From assembly GCA_030704615.1 (NCBI GenBank), contig CM060734.1, positions 30,504,001 to 30,568,000 of the forward strand: a stretch of 64,000 bases of DNA. The letters run 5' to 3'. Numbering within the stretch: position 1 is the stretch's first letter; each line of letters opens with the position of its first letter. The notes beneath the pieces are model-generated. The model ran no database searches. It was not told where the DNA came from and saw only the letters and a list, made by a program, of their open reading frames with translations. This document shows, piece after piece, positions 33,544-46,657 of the stretch. The translations under genes and the position numbers were made by a program. Origin of the DNA: Takakia lepidozioides. Taxonomy: Eukaryota; Plantae; Bryophyta.

Positions 33544-35369
33544 TTACACGAATGCAATTCGAGCGGACATGCTGGCAAGACAGTCAGACGGGAGGGTAAG
33601 AAAAGTGCTGAGAAAGAGATCATCAATAGGGTCCAGGCGGGCCACTCCAACTAAATGGCAATTTCCATCTGAATCAAGCCTGCGGCCTTGACCACCTCTA
33701 GAAACTCCTTGGGTGCTCTCTGTGGTAAGAACGGTGTCCACGATAAGAGGGGGTGGACGATACAGAGGCCCTGCTGAGAAGAAAAACTTTGCCTGAAAGT
33801 TCAACTCCACCTGCACACAGCCACCACCCTAAGATTAAAGTACCATCGATTCATACCACTTGTATTGCACCTCTACAAAAGATCCTTGCAGAATGAGTAC
33901 TCTCATATCTGTAGGGAGCCATCTAGAGATCTAGACGTTATTACAAAAAATAATATAGCTGGTAAGAACAATGGAGGGCCTCCAAACTACAGGATGCACC
34001 AAAATTCAGTTGAATCATTAGTATAGAATTGTATGAGGAAGTGCAGCAAAAGGAAGTGACTGGGCAGACAGACGGACAGTTATAAAGTTACCTTCCCAGT
34101 CTCCCTGTCAATGACACCCTTGAGAGTTTCAGGAACCACATCAATGCGGAGAGGAGGTGGCAGAGGCACACCCAGCAGTGTGGTGGTGTTGTAACACACT
34201 GCTGGAATGTTGATGTCTGCTGCATCAAATTCCACTTGCCATCGCCCATCAGATAATTTGACAGCGTTACCACTTCCCCCTCCACCCTCTGCGTTGTACA
34301 CAAAGTCTGGGAAATGCGCCACTCCTAACCCACAGCCATTCTGTGTTCGGAGCTCCACCTGGCATCCTTGGCTGCAAAAGGGTTTGCCAAAAACCAAAAG
34401 AGAGCAGCATTCAGAGATGCTTTAGTTTCTATTTACAACACAGACTGTTGGACCGAACTTCCAAAAGGTTCCTAGCAGAATGTGGCCCCTGCTGCCGGAT
34501 CCTCACTTTCAATGAGGTAGTGAGATCTCACAAAGGGTATCAATTCAGATCCCAGTATGTGATACGGGCCATGTTTGCAAAGTTTACAGCTCCAAAAGAA
34601 TGACATCACACACTACCACGCTTTGCACTAAACTGCACTGGTAAAGCATTCCTCACAGTCAGAGAACATGGAAATCCAAAAAGATTTGGAATTGCAAGAG
34701 AGGTGAGAGCCAGTGATGCTCCCAATGTATCGCTAAGGAGAAGTCTTGCGGGTGCATGGCATTCATAGGAAGTCCTGTTGGGTTTCCCATTTAAGAATTT
34801 GTCTAATCAACGCGATTCCGTTACTTATCGGTTCATGGATGGTGAGCAGTTCATTCAACATCGCAAAGTGGCTTTGAATTAGTGCATTTGCTGCTTAGTT
34901 TTCTTTGAAGATTTGTAGAGTCGTTCAGCCCGCTGGCGCTCACATTATGGAAAAAAAACAACAGAAATTGGCAATTATTGCGCAGACCTGATTTTGCACC
35001 TGGCCTCTGCATAGTCAAACCTCATATTTCCAGCGCCCCACACCCACATTTGCTTGCATTGGCTGTGCGAATCCCAAGAAATTCAACAATTTGCGAATGG
35101 AAGCTGAGAAAGAGAAAGATTTCTTGCCTGCGGTCAATTGCAATAGCAGGCGTTGACGGCAGGGCCGCAACACTGCAAGCTATTGGCAACACGAGGGCCG
35201 CCCACCGCCTACCCACCAGCGAACCCCCCAACACACTTTTCTCTTTCCCGTACACGGTAGTCCCACATTCATGTTCTGGTAATGCCAGATTTGCACTTGT
35301 GATTGATGTGTACAAATTGGTCCGGGGCATACCAATGGGAAGCTTGAACATCAAGCCACTCCCAGCCAT
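33544..35369 (-). CDS. Conserved uncharacterised plastid-type protein (family shared with cyanobacteria)
   Basis: Exons 34373-34092 and 33810-33544 read LGVAHFPDFVYNAEGGGG...LLGVPLPPPLRIDVVPETLKG...FLTLPSDCLA. The transit-peptide-like first exon from ATG 35369 is tentative. Confidence 0.8.
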
Positions 35370-35879
35370 GGCTCCGCTCCGTTTGAGTAGTAGTCTGTCA
35401 AGCACTTCTGCCAGTTCAAGTTTGGTGAATGCCCTCTACATATGCGGCTGCAACCATATCTTTGCTCTGAATGCACTTTGGCCGTTCTGAAGTTCCAATC
35501 TCCACCGTCCCTACGAGCTGATGGCCCGCTCGCTCTTCCTCCTTCCACACTAAAATGCTCTCCTACCCCTCAAGGTATATGCCAGGAGAATTTTTCGGAC
35601 ACGGAGCCAGCGATGTCGTCAATTGTGAGAAACGGGGGGTATTCATAGCGTAACAGGTTTGTCCACAGAATTGAAGACTGAGATTCATTGTGTGGTGACT
35701 CCTCTTGGTTTGTGAGCAGCAAGCGACGAAGAAAGAGAGACAGAAAGAAAGAAAAGCGCGAGAGAGTGTGTGTCGTGGCTGTGCCGTGCCATGAGACGAG
35801 GCCCGATAATATAATAGTAGTTTTAGATAATGTTTTTGTGTTTTTTTCTCAAAACCAAATGCATGCCAAGCCATAGCCA

Positions 35880-36529
35880 TCGTTGCCGATGGAAACACAG
35901 AGTCTGATATCCGGATAATATGTGCTCTATGTGCTTTAATTTGTAAAAATTACCAATCATGTCATCTTTTGTGAATGAAATTGTTGGTCAACATAAATCT
36001 AAAAATTATCTCAATATTTTCATTGATTGTTTGCAGGTGAGCTATCTACCTTGTTTCCATGGGGACTATGACAGATTGGTTCAGCAATATCATCGTGGAG
36101 AGCCTACTTATGCTCTCCTAAAAAACGTCGGTTCAACCTCAAGTGGGAACGTTCGGCTTATTACATTGTTGTGCACTATTTTTGCATCTGTGGTAGACAA
36201 CGTCGATACTAAGGAACGGCTTCATCGTGTGCATGAAGCCTAGTATTCAGCTTAGGGATTGAATGGTATCGCAACGCATGTATGTTCATATCATTATATC
36301 TTAGGATCTAGCAGTTTTAATGTATGGACACGGGCAAATTGAGTATGAACTTGAAGGTAGATAACTCACCTTCAAACAATCCATGAAAATATTGAAATAA
36401 TTCTTGGATTTGTGTTGACCGACAATTTCATTCACAAAAGATGATATGATTAGTAGTTTTTACAACTTAAAGCATAGAGAGCACCGCATACTATCTAGAT
36501 ATCAGACTATGTGTTTTCATCCGCAACGG
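35880..36529. mobile_element. MITE/foldback element with TIRs of about 175 bp (mariner/pogo-like end)
   Basis: 35880-36052 is the imperfect reverse complement of 36353-36529. The right end reads CAACGG|TA. Confidence 0.85.
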
Positions 36530-37883
36530 TAAGCTCAAATTTGTTGTCGACCCTTTGTCGACTTCTCCACATACGGCGATGACCTTGGTTTTGTAACAGT
36601 TGCCACAACGACACAAAACAAGACCCTAAAATGCCGCATCTTTAACGCTCATATCCAGATCATCTACAGCAAGCAAAGGCTGCTCTCTCTTGATCACAGT
36701 TGTCATGATGAGTTACTTCACAAAAAAATAATTACCTAGATTATAACTACACTGACGCTGACTGAGAAAATAGACGTTGTGAGGTTCTCAAGGTGATATT
36801 ATGCTTATCTTATAATGCGTCGAAGGTCCTGGATATCAGGTACCTCTATCTTCACCTGTTGGATATGACCATGATATTAACTTAGCAGTGCTAAAGATGG
36901 ATGGTGGTTAATTTAGTGCTTCGACATCCCAGGTGCAGGTGCTTAGATTGACCATGGACTGATATGACAAATGATATACTGGGCAAGGCTAATGATGGCT
37001 TGTGGATTGATAAATCCAGTTATTTTAATAATTGGTAAAACACTGTTTAAGATAACCAAGATGATATATTCAACAGGGATACAATATTGGTATTGATATT
37101 GATGGAAGGAGAAGTGTTAACCCTCCAACTTTTTTTCCAAATTGATATATGTCGGTGGATATTTATGGGTACTTGCAGGTTGTAGTGAAGGAGCAACCAG
37201 ACTGCCTTCCAAAGCTTGTCCTCTGTTTCCAATTTGTAGATATACGTCTGCAACCCCATTGGAAGTAACATGCAAAAACACTCAGAACCAACAGAATCAA
37301 CAAAGCATCCAGGCTTCCAATTACCTTCTAAACGCCAGAAAAACCTTGGGCAATATATTTTCATGGCCTGAGCTTAGAAACTATAACAGGCTGATAGTGA
37401 TCAAGAAGCACTTTCGCATAACAAAAGAACTCCACCACCCAAAGCAAACTTTTGTGAATCCCTGTAGTGGACAGAGCGTTTTTGTCATTGTCGTGACCCC
37501 CGACATTAACTATAATATTGTTCCCATAAACGGACCTGAGAATTTCCAAGGCGAAAGAACTGCCGAGCCAAGGCACTTCTATGCAAAGTTGTGTTTTTGG
37601 TGGAATCTCCGAACCATAAATGGTAGAATCACAGGGGAAGGGGGATTTTGCATTTTGTGCTTTAGTTCAAAATGGCATCATTGCCCACATATGTGATTGG
37701 TTACTTAGAAGGGAAATTATATGTCTTGCTTGCAGACTAATTTCTTTTGCATCAATGCAGGTGTTGTATGTTGTTCACATTAGGAGGTTGAATATCTAAC
37801 TTGAAAATGGGCAAATGCAGCAGGCATCAGCAAAAGAGAAATGGACAGCGCTGAATTGCATACAAATGGAACCTTGCACGCAT

Positions 37884-38065
37884 GAAACCTCCACAGAATC
37901 AGGGGGTCAGGGAGGTAGTTAACCATGGGAACTGTGAAACCTCCACAAAATCAGGGAGTTGGGGAGGTAGTTAACCATGGGAACTGGGAACATGCAAACA
38001 TAGGAACATGATGGAGGTAGTTAACCATGGGCACTGGGAACACACAAACAATATAGGAACATGAT
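37884..38065. repeat. Local tandem duplications of about 50 bp
   Basis: GGAGGTAGTTAACCATGGG occurs three times and TGAAACCTCCACA twice. Confidence 0.8.
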
Positions 38066-38164
38066 CTTCAATCTGTTTGACACCTTTGCGTGGTCTCCCC
38101 TCTATAGGAGGAGCCATTAACAAATGCATTTAATCCATGCAAGCCCTGCCATATAGGTTGTGAC

Positions 38165-38511
38165 CAGTGTTGGGCGGTTATTTGATTTTTTTCATAATCG
38201 GCGGTTCCGCTTGCTTCAAATTTTAGGAAACTATTAACTTGTGGTTGCAGTTATTAAATTTTTTATGGCTTGATATAACCTACGGTTACGGTTACTTGCA
38301 AAAACCTCAAATAACCGGCAAATAACCGCGGTATTGGGCGGTTCTTTAAGAGGTTCTTTGCTCGGTTATTTGAATGCCTAACCTCCCCCGGTTCCTAACT
38401 GGACCGGTTACTTCATTTTTTCACCTCCGCTGGTCATATATACATATAACCAGATAGGTAACCGCCGGCCCTCGGGTATTAGAGAGAAAATTAAACAACC
38501 GCCCAACATTG
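38165..38511. mobile_element. hAT-type MITE
   Basis: TIRs CAGTGTTGGGCGGTT and AACCGCCCAACATTG. Perfect 8-bp TSD GTTGTGAC at 38157-38164 and 38512-38519. Internal GGTT/AACC repeats. Confidence 0.92.
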
Positions 38512-38626
38512 GTTGTGACTTGTGACGCAAGTCTTGATGGTTTAGTTGAGGTTATGGAGCCTCCTGTTCTTTCCATTTAATGCAGAAATTGCCCCAAAAA
38601 CAGTACATTCATTCTTTATTCCTCTT

Positions 38627-38815
38627 GAGCAGGTAGCCTAGTGGTTGGGTATTTGTGCCTTGCCTATGCATAACCTGGGTGATCCTGGGTTCAATCCTTC
38701 AGCATGTGCCTTTAACCATCCATTGGCCCCTTGATGGGCTGTGTGTTGAGCAGTAGGCTATCTAATACACTGGATATTAAATAAACTTTACTTTTATTTA
38801 TTTTCTTTGTTCTTT
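38627..38815 (+). mobile_element. tRNA-derived SINE
   Basis: A-box TAGCCTAGTGG and B-box GGTTCAATCC, no cloverleaf, AT/T-rich tail. Confidence 0.6.
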
Positions 38816-38904
38816 TCACTTCTTTTCCGGCCCTTTTTACTATGAGAACTGTGGGAGACTCAATCAACTGTCCTCACATAAGTTATTATTATTAATAATT
38901 TTAT

Positions 38905-39101
38905 TCTAATAAATAGGAAACACCTGGGAACGACAGCTCAGAAATCAGGCCCCTTAAATAGTGAGGGGAGAAAATAACCTCTGGTGTGAAAGAAAGGGGC
39001 TATAACATAAACCTTGGACATTAACACTAGATTATCAGAGTAGTTATACATCCCCACCCATGCCGCAGCGAAAGGGAAGACATAGGCGGGTGTTCAACTA
39101 G
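38905..39101 (+). mobile_element. Possible short non-autonomous Helitron
   Basis: Begins TCTAATAAATAG and ends with a CACCC...GGGTG stem followed by CTAG|T. Confidence 0.35.
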
Positions 39102-40289
39102 TTTCAAAAAGCCGTGGTATGACATGTGATTACGCATGAAGATTGAGGTCCATCTGCACCTTCACAATCGTACTCGGGGGGGGGGGGGGGGGGGGGGGCA
39201 ATGCCCATGGGAAGAAGTCACTTACTGGTTTTTTACAATCTCCCTTCATAAATAGTAGATCCGAACTACACGAATGCCCATCCGGCTTTATCTCTCATTT
39301 TACCTCGAGCCAGAGCTATCTGAATGTTGCATCACAAGAATCAAGTAAACAACACTGGACTCATGCATGCATCCTAGCCTCTCATGAATGTGCCAAGGAT
39401 AAACCCTCAATGCAGCCTAGTAAATCAGTGTGCTCTATCCATCAATGCAACCCTTTAATCATGAATTCCCAACCAACTAAACTACCCACTCAGCTAGCAG
39501 TCAGTTTACCCTAGAAGGTTGGCATGATAAACAAACACCAAGACCAATGCACTTACTGGAAAATCAGTACTATCAGTGCATGATGCGAGTTAGTACCCAA
39601 ATGGACTTAGACAGGGTAGCAACCAGAAATGCGTGGTCTCTTAGTCATTCATCAGCTCCAAATCACCTCCCCAAAATCTACGAATAAGTGCTCAGCTTGA
39701 AGCTTAAAGCATTGCTGCCTCAACACAACAACTTCACCACCAACTACCTCTCACTCCATCTCCAGAATTCTATGAGTTCACCGCCTCCAGCCACACCCTC
39801 TATCTCCAAAAACCGAGAAGCCACCACATAGATGCCGAATTCTCCCTTAAGTCCCCTACTCCACTTGCCTGTGGAATTACTACACCTGCTACTCCCAATG
39901 CCGACAAGTACATCAATACCAAGCTAGAAAGCTGCATACGCCTCCATTGCAGGATATTAACTAAGCGACAAGCAGCAGAGAAGTAACTAGCAGCCGAAAG
40001 CTTAAGCTTGCAGGCCTATGTCTGCTCCGAAATACTGAGTGTCAGCAGCTCGTTGTGCACCACCCTCGGTGCTTCACTCAGCACGCCGCACTCCATAATC
40101 CGCCAATTTAGGGCAAGGCGGATGAAATCGGATGAACGTCTTCATCCAATACTCCAAAACTACATCCAAACCGACATTCATCTAGATGTACATTCATCAA
40201 AAGACAGAGCCAAAAAGCACAGCTGCAAACAGTTACCACATATACACACTACAAACCTCTTTCACAATAACCTCGCCATGAAGGCATAG

Positions 40290-40403
40290 AAATGGGACAC
40301 TGCCCAATGGAAGGGGGAGTATACCACATCCGTCAAGTAGCAGGATTTGACCCTACTAGAATCATCCGGGTGGCACTCAGTGCACTAACCAACTGAGCTA
40401 CGG
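40290..40403 (-). mobile_element. tRNA-derived SINE head
   Basis: Minus strand has TAGCTCAGTTGG (A-box) and GGGTCAAATCC (degenerate B-box). No intact tRNA stems. Confidence 0.55.
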
Positions 40404-42159
40404 AAAATTGAGCTACTAATTGTCGGTGAAGTCTTCCATTATGAGGATCAGAAACTTCAACGAGCTCAGCAGGAAATAGGATAGGAGGAAATACAAGTCA
40501 TTGTTTTCCTTGGGGAGAGAAGATCGGGCGGGGATGGCTGGTAGACATATTCAAGCCTCCATAAAATTATTCATCCAAGGATTTCATTCATTCATAGATA
40601 TGGATGAAATATTCCGTTTACACCTATCTGAATCTAATTCGAAACTTAATCGCAAGTATAGGTGCTAACTTGCATCAAAACCCTTTGCCTAGTCATGCCT
40701 TAGGAAGGCAAGGCCAATAAAGGGGTCAGTGGCCCTTTTAATCATATTAAAGAGATGGATGGGAAAAAATAACCCTTTTACAAGCCAGCCATAGAGTGTA
40801 TAAAAGAGTTGCCACCCAGTAACCAAAAATGTAGAACAGTAACAAAGGAAGAGAACGGAGAGCAAGCAGTCAACTATGAGGAGGCAGAAAACAGGAGCGG
40901 ATGCGGCCCAGCCATCATCTAGGAAAAATAAGGCCAAGGACTAAAAGGCTAAGCGAGTTTTTTTTTTTTTTTTGGAACAGTTATAGTATAGTTTTGTTAA
41001 GGATTTATGCGATTCAGAGGAGGATTAAAAAGCAGAATTCTAGGCCTATGGCCACTAGCACATTGCGAAACATAATATGTTTGATTAGGACTTGCATGCC
41101 ACTGAGAGGGTGGCAGACGCAATCCTTAATGCTGTCCTCCGGCTGGCCACCAGCTTACCCGGGATGACCCAAGGAACATAGTCAATGATTTTAGAAACAG
41201 TGAAGAGACAGCACGAATTGTTGCCTCAAGCCTATGAACGGTGGCAGACCTGATGCATGTCTGAGCATCTGAAGCCGACTATGAGTACGGCCGAGTAAGG
41301 GCCTAGCATAACGATCCGAAAATGTAATATGAAGAAGAGGGGGAGAGAGAGTTATGTTTTAGCTGTTATCCTCGGAAACGCTGTCAGTGCTGACAGTTTC
41401 GATTTTATGTTTTAAATATATATTCAGTTTTATTCCAATAAAATCAGGACAACACTAGCATTTCAGTTTTGTAATTAGGGTGGAGCCATTACGCGACTAG
41501 CCGCTTGTTTTATTTACTGGAACCTATCTTTATGCTTGGTTTCTCTTCCTCTTTTCAGTGGAGTATGATGCACGAGGGGCTCAAACATACCCCTACACAT
41601 ACCACCCCAGTAACGTGATATCAATTTCAGACCTACTCTTACCTGGAATCCGGGTTAGTATGTCCATGCAATCTATGCAGAACAATGTATGAGAATTATC
41701 CAAAACCCAGAAATAACGGCAAATTCCGTTCCCTATCACATGAGCTCGCGCCCGTGAGAATATGAATAAGTTCATTCTTTCTACCTCGATTTCCTTTCAT
41801 CCCCAAACACTATGAGACCCACCCAAATCACCCACCCAAATCGGGTCGGGTAGTTAGTTTCTGGTGAAGCCTCTCTTTCTTTCATCCACGTATAGATGAA
41901 AAATAATACCATTCATTCATTACTATAGCTCGGGATCAAGGGGTTGAGCTGTATTTTCTGCAATGGTATTTCAGGTACTCAGTGGAATTTCTGTGTAGAA
42001 CTGAAAGCATAAGGGGAACTCTCTATTTTATGAGGGAACGGGTATGGTCAACCATTCTGCCCAGAAACGTCGTCGTCCTCATCCAGCCATGGCTGGCCAG
42101 GTGCCTAGAGCACTGTGGGTGCTTTGCAGAGCTCGGTGGCGATGGTGGCATGCCAGCTT

Positions 42160-42255
42160 TCGCCTCACGTTTTCCCACTCTACATTACCCGCCACGTGCT
42201 CCTTTGTCGATGTTTTTGTGTGTACAGCGGCAAGCTTCCAGGCACGTGGAGAGCA
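42160..42255 (+). promoter_or_regulatory. G-box/ABRE-like cluster upstream of ELIP copy 1
   Basis: CACGTT, GCCACGTGC and GCACGTGG lie within about 90 bp. Confidence 0.45.
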
Positions 42256-42652
42256 TTACCCTTCTCTTCCGTCTCTCCGTTCCTAATGCAGAGGTTTTCG
42301 GCGTTCAAGTCTGCATGTTTCATTGCCAAGGTGTCGATATTTTGAGGTGATTGTAAGGAAATCAAGTCTAGCCTACAGTACTTACGGTGATGGATATCCA
42401 TTGGCTGTGTGCGCCTGGGTATACACTTGGCAAGCCATGCAGGCTGCTCAATGAGCTCATGACACAGCAACAGTCCGTTGCCTTTCCCCTGCAACTCTTA
42501 TACCCCCACCCGGCCTCGTTCCTAGCACAATTGTGTAGCGAAATTTGCCTCTGTACATACATTTCCACTTCGGCTTCACTTCTGTGGCTTCATATCTGAC
42601 TATCTACCGCCTGCGGAGCTCCTGAGTTCCATTCGATTCGCAGCTCAGCAAC

Positions 42653-44032
42653 ATGGCCGCCTCCACTATGATCTGCAGACCCGGCTGCTTGCAGTCTGTG
42701 GTTGGACTCTCTTCGATGAGAACTTCCCACACGACCGGATCGAACACCCCCTTTCTAGCCACGCTTGAGCTGAGAGGTGTTCGCTCCGCCCAGAAGGAGA
42801 GGCGGAGCCGCCTTGCTGTTTCTGCTTCTCAGAAGCAAGAGACTCCTTTGGTACGTTCATCTTAGGTTTTCTCTCCACCTCTGCGCGCATTGATTTACCT
42901 TTTGGAACTAGGATGTACTGTCTCTCCACACTGTATGTAAGGAGTAGGTATGTGGACTGTTTCTGTTCAGCAATCTCCCGTCCTTTTCACTTAGTGGCAA
43001 TGAGTTGGGCATTCGATTTGCAGCTTGATGGTATATTTGTCTAAAGAAGGGCTGTTGTCCCAATTCTCATCTTTACTGAATGCAAATGCAGCCCGACACA
43101 AAGGTGGACATCTCCGAGAAAGATATTCAGGGAAAGGAGGACTTTAAGGTATTTGACAACTAGCCCGCTGGTATGTTTTTCCGGCCCGAGAGTGAACGTC
43201 GCCCTGAGACTGGGAATACCAACCCCGAAAGTGTCATGAAGTGCGATGGACCAGCACCGGAAACCGTCAACAGCCGACTGGCAATGCTAGGAATCACTTG
43301 GGCGTTCGTAGCTGAGATTATCTCTGGCCAAACCGTTGTCCAGCAGGTACTGTTTTTCTTCAGTTCAAAGCTATCAAAGTCAGAGCCGTTGCTCATTGCC
43401 AGCTCGTTCTGGGTGGTCAATCCTGTCCTGCCAAAAATTTGTGCTTTCTCTATGGCTTAAGAATCAATCGAGAAGTAGTCTTATATGTTGAGATCTTTAT
43501 GTTTTCTCTATGGCAATAAAACGCGCGCGTTACACGTTAAGAAACAACACCTGAGAAGTGGTCTTATATGTTGGAGAGCTAACTAAGAAAATATGTTGCA
43601 ATGCAGGTGACGGAGGGGAGAGCACTTATCTGGTTCTTATTCGTTTCGCCCATCATCATCGGAGCTACTCTTATCCCCATCTTTTCCCGGGGCGAGTCTC
43701 CCGATAGCAGGTGAAAAAGTGTTCCCGTCATTACCATTTCATAAACTTCCTGCTGCTCTGATTGAAAATTCTTTACTCCAGCTTGCGAGATCGGTAAAAG
43801 TACAATTGCAATTCGGAACCTGGAATTGTCATATTGAATTTCGCTTCTGAAATGAACGCTCAAATGCATCATGGGTGACTGGCAATTCAGGAAATTTGGT
43901 CCCTTGGACGCAAAGACAGAACGGTGGAATGGACGGGCGGCTATGCTAGGACTTGTTGCGCTGATCATTACCGAGCAATTTTTCCTCAAGGGCCCACTCT
44001 TGGGGTTCGTCCATGATTCTATCACCTTTTAA
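42653..44032 (+). pseudogene. ELIP: Early light-induced protein (ELIP), copy 1, premature stop
   Basis: Exons: 42653-42850, 43092-43346, 43607-43710, 43891-44032. Motifs DGPAPETVNSRLAMLG and ERWNGRAAMLG. In-frame TAG at 43161-43163 where the paralog has TTT. Confidence 0.88.
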
Positions 44033-44899
44033 AGCACTCTTTACAAGTGTAAATCTTGTATAAGCGAGCTGTGTATCAAAGTAGAGTCCTTGAAAAGGAA
44101 ACGTTAGTGTGCCCATATTCTGGCAATGAATTTTGTACAAAGTTTTGTTGAAGTGCGCGCCAGCATTCGCCAAAGCAGCCGCATATCAATGCATGCATGG
44201 AGATAAATGTACTGGTCAGCTGTATTGTACAATTAATATGATTTTGATTTCCACGTTACAAATCTCGTCTACACTCTCTAGTCAGTTTACATATTCAGCA
44301 TGAAGCATCTCTACACATGCTGCAGCACGAAGATTGACAGTTCAGGAACTGTTACAATTCACTGGCATGATCTGACATCGATATGTTTATGATGCGATAC
44401 TACATCAGAAGATTAGAAACAAGCTGCAGGAATATGTTACAACATTCCATTTTAGATTATTAAAAATATGCCGAGAAGAGTGAAATTGTAAATACGATGA
44501 AAAACTGTCCTTAAGACACGATATTTCAAACATACTCATCAATTCCTGTCCCAGTTGCCTGGGGATAAGTCGTTTCTGGACCAAAACTGGTCGATGAGCA
44601 GCAGCTGAGTAATATGTGTGGCAAGAGAAATTATCTAACATTAACATATCAATCCTGAATTCCTGCCCCAGAATTCCTGTCACGGCTACGGACGTGACCG
44701 CAAATATGTGTATGTGTATGTCTCGCCCATAAACAATAGGACGAGTATCGATAGTTGAGGCGGTCAGTACTTAGCAGACAGGACGTCCCAGGCAAGGATA
44801 CATGGTATAGCTCTGGAGTAGGCGTGGGCTTTTGTGCATCTGGCATACTCCCGCTTGCTATATTTTTTCTGCCAAAAGAAAGCCTTAGACAGATCATAT

Positions 44900-45315
44900 T
44901 GATAAGAGGATATGGAAAAAAATAACCATGTCAAAGCAAAGGGCCATGAGGCAAACATGATTGGATGCACCCTAACCCAGCCATGGGAAGTAAGCTTAAG
45001 AAAACAAGTTCTCTGAGAAGCTCAGCAAGCTACGAATTACTGAGCAGAAACAGCAGGTCTAAATCCAAAAACTAGAAACTTCGAAAAGTTCATCGTCTGC
45101 TGCGGAGATAGCATTCTATCACCCATCTCAGCAGTACAGTATATAAGAGGATCAAATGAGCTTTATGTGAGTTCTCAAGTCCTACATCTTGAGGAGCTTG
45201 AGCAGACTGCAATGCGTACTGAGGTGGGAGAGATTGTGTACCAGCAGCACACACGAAATTATCATTAGACAATAATACATATGGTTAGAATTATCAATTG
45301 GCACCACGTATGGCA
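44900..45315 (+). mobile_element. Probable LTR remnant with a PBS-like sequence
   Basis: TGATAA (44900) to TTATCA (45296), internal TATATAA, followed by AT-TGGCACC. No TSD. Confidence 0.4.
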
Positions 45316-46399
45316 CGAGTGATCCAAACTCAATCCTACTCGGATCTTAATCCCGCTAGGGGATTGTCTCTGCACGCTATGATTGAGGGCCTTTTTACTC
45401 TTGAAGAGAGAAAGATCAAGAGACCAATGCCAGCCCATATGTACATGTAACGCCAACCGTAATTAGCGGAAAGAAGAGCCTCCTTCTCTTGCGGGTAATG
45501 CCTCGCCCACAATAAATCAAGTAAAGCTCTACAAGTACCAAAACGCTGATGAAGTTTGTAAGTAAAATTGAAGTTCATCAAAACTTTGAAAGTTTTGGAA
45601 GTTTGAAGTAAAAAACGCTGATGAAGCTTATCTCAAGCTAGCTTGAAAATCTATGGTGCAGTTCATATTTAGTAAGGGCATATCAGAAGAGGGGAGTAAA
45701 CATTTGCTAACAAATAACACTTAACATTTGCTAGTGTGCACGAGTAGGCAAGTCTTAACATTTATGGTTAACGTTGATAGAGGTAACATTTGTCCAGGGC
45801 AGACTGTTACTGCGGGCACCTTTGTGACATCAATCAGTGGATTGAACCCACAGCCACTTCCAAGGTGGTATGTGCCGCCTTTCAACAAATGATTGGATAA
45901 GTAGTTACAAACAGGGCGTTTGCCGAGCCAATTCATGGAATTGCTCAAAAAGCACTTCCCACATGCCGGTGCCACCTGGAATGCCACGTAAGCACCACTT
46001 TTTTTCCACCCGATTCTATTGTAGTCATAATGCGCTTCCACCCCAATTGAAGGGTTTCGCCCAATGGGGCCCTTCAACTACCCTCATAGGGGCCAAAACA
46101 AAGGGCCGTGGTGCAACCATTGGATGCTCTACTGTGGACTCGTTCATTAACACAGTCTACCAAAACTCATCGCAGTGTGCAGACACACGTCCCGTACACA
46201 GTGAGGACGACAGTTTGGTGCCATGTGTCGCTGGCTTCCATGAAACACTGGACTTGTGGTGCTCCCACACTGCGACTGACTGCAGAGGCTGCAAACTGCA
46301 AACACATTTGTTTGGAAAATTGCGAGGGAGGGAGGGTGAGTCAGCAGGGTGGTCGACGATGCAGCACGCTGGCCACAGAAAGATCAGTGCCATGTGTCT

Positions 46400-46475
46400 T
46401 CAGCTTTGCACGTGTCACAACTAGAATTTGGAGCTCAGTTCTGGCGGAGTTAGTATCTGCAGTATATAAGAGGTT
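46400..46475 (+). promoter_or_regulatory. ABRE and TATA box of ELIP copy 2
   Basis: CACGTGTC at about 46409 and TATATAA at 46463. Confidence 0.5.
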
Positions 46476-46657
46476 GGATGCCACAGACAGTAGCACAGTG
46501 CAAGCGCCAACTGAAAACCTCGCAGCCAACCTCTTCGACGACCTGTAGATCAATTGTTGTTTACTCTCTCTCAGCTCCAGTTTCCTCCACCTACATTCAG
46601 CAGCAGCTCTAAGTTCTCTCACTAATAGTACATCTGCTACCTAGAGAGGTTTAAAGA

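Noticed and set aside
37047-37696. 184-aa ORF and opposite-strand ORFs
   Set aside because: No recognisable motifs or gene structure; possibly decayed sequence.
39176-39198. Long poly-G run read as a poly-Gly ORF
   Set aside because: A simple homopolymer with no coding support.
38627-40403. Two tRNA-like sequences as tRNA genes
   Set aside because: Only A and B boxes are present, without cloverleaf stems, so they are called SINE heads.
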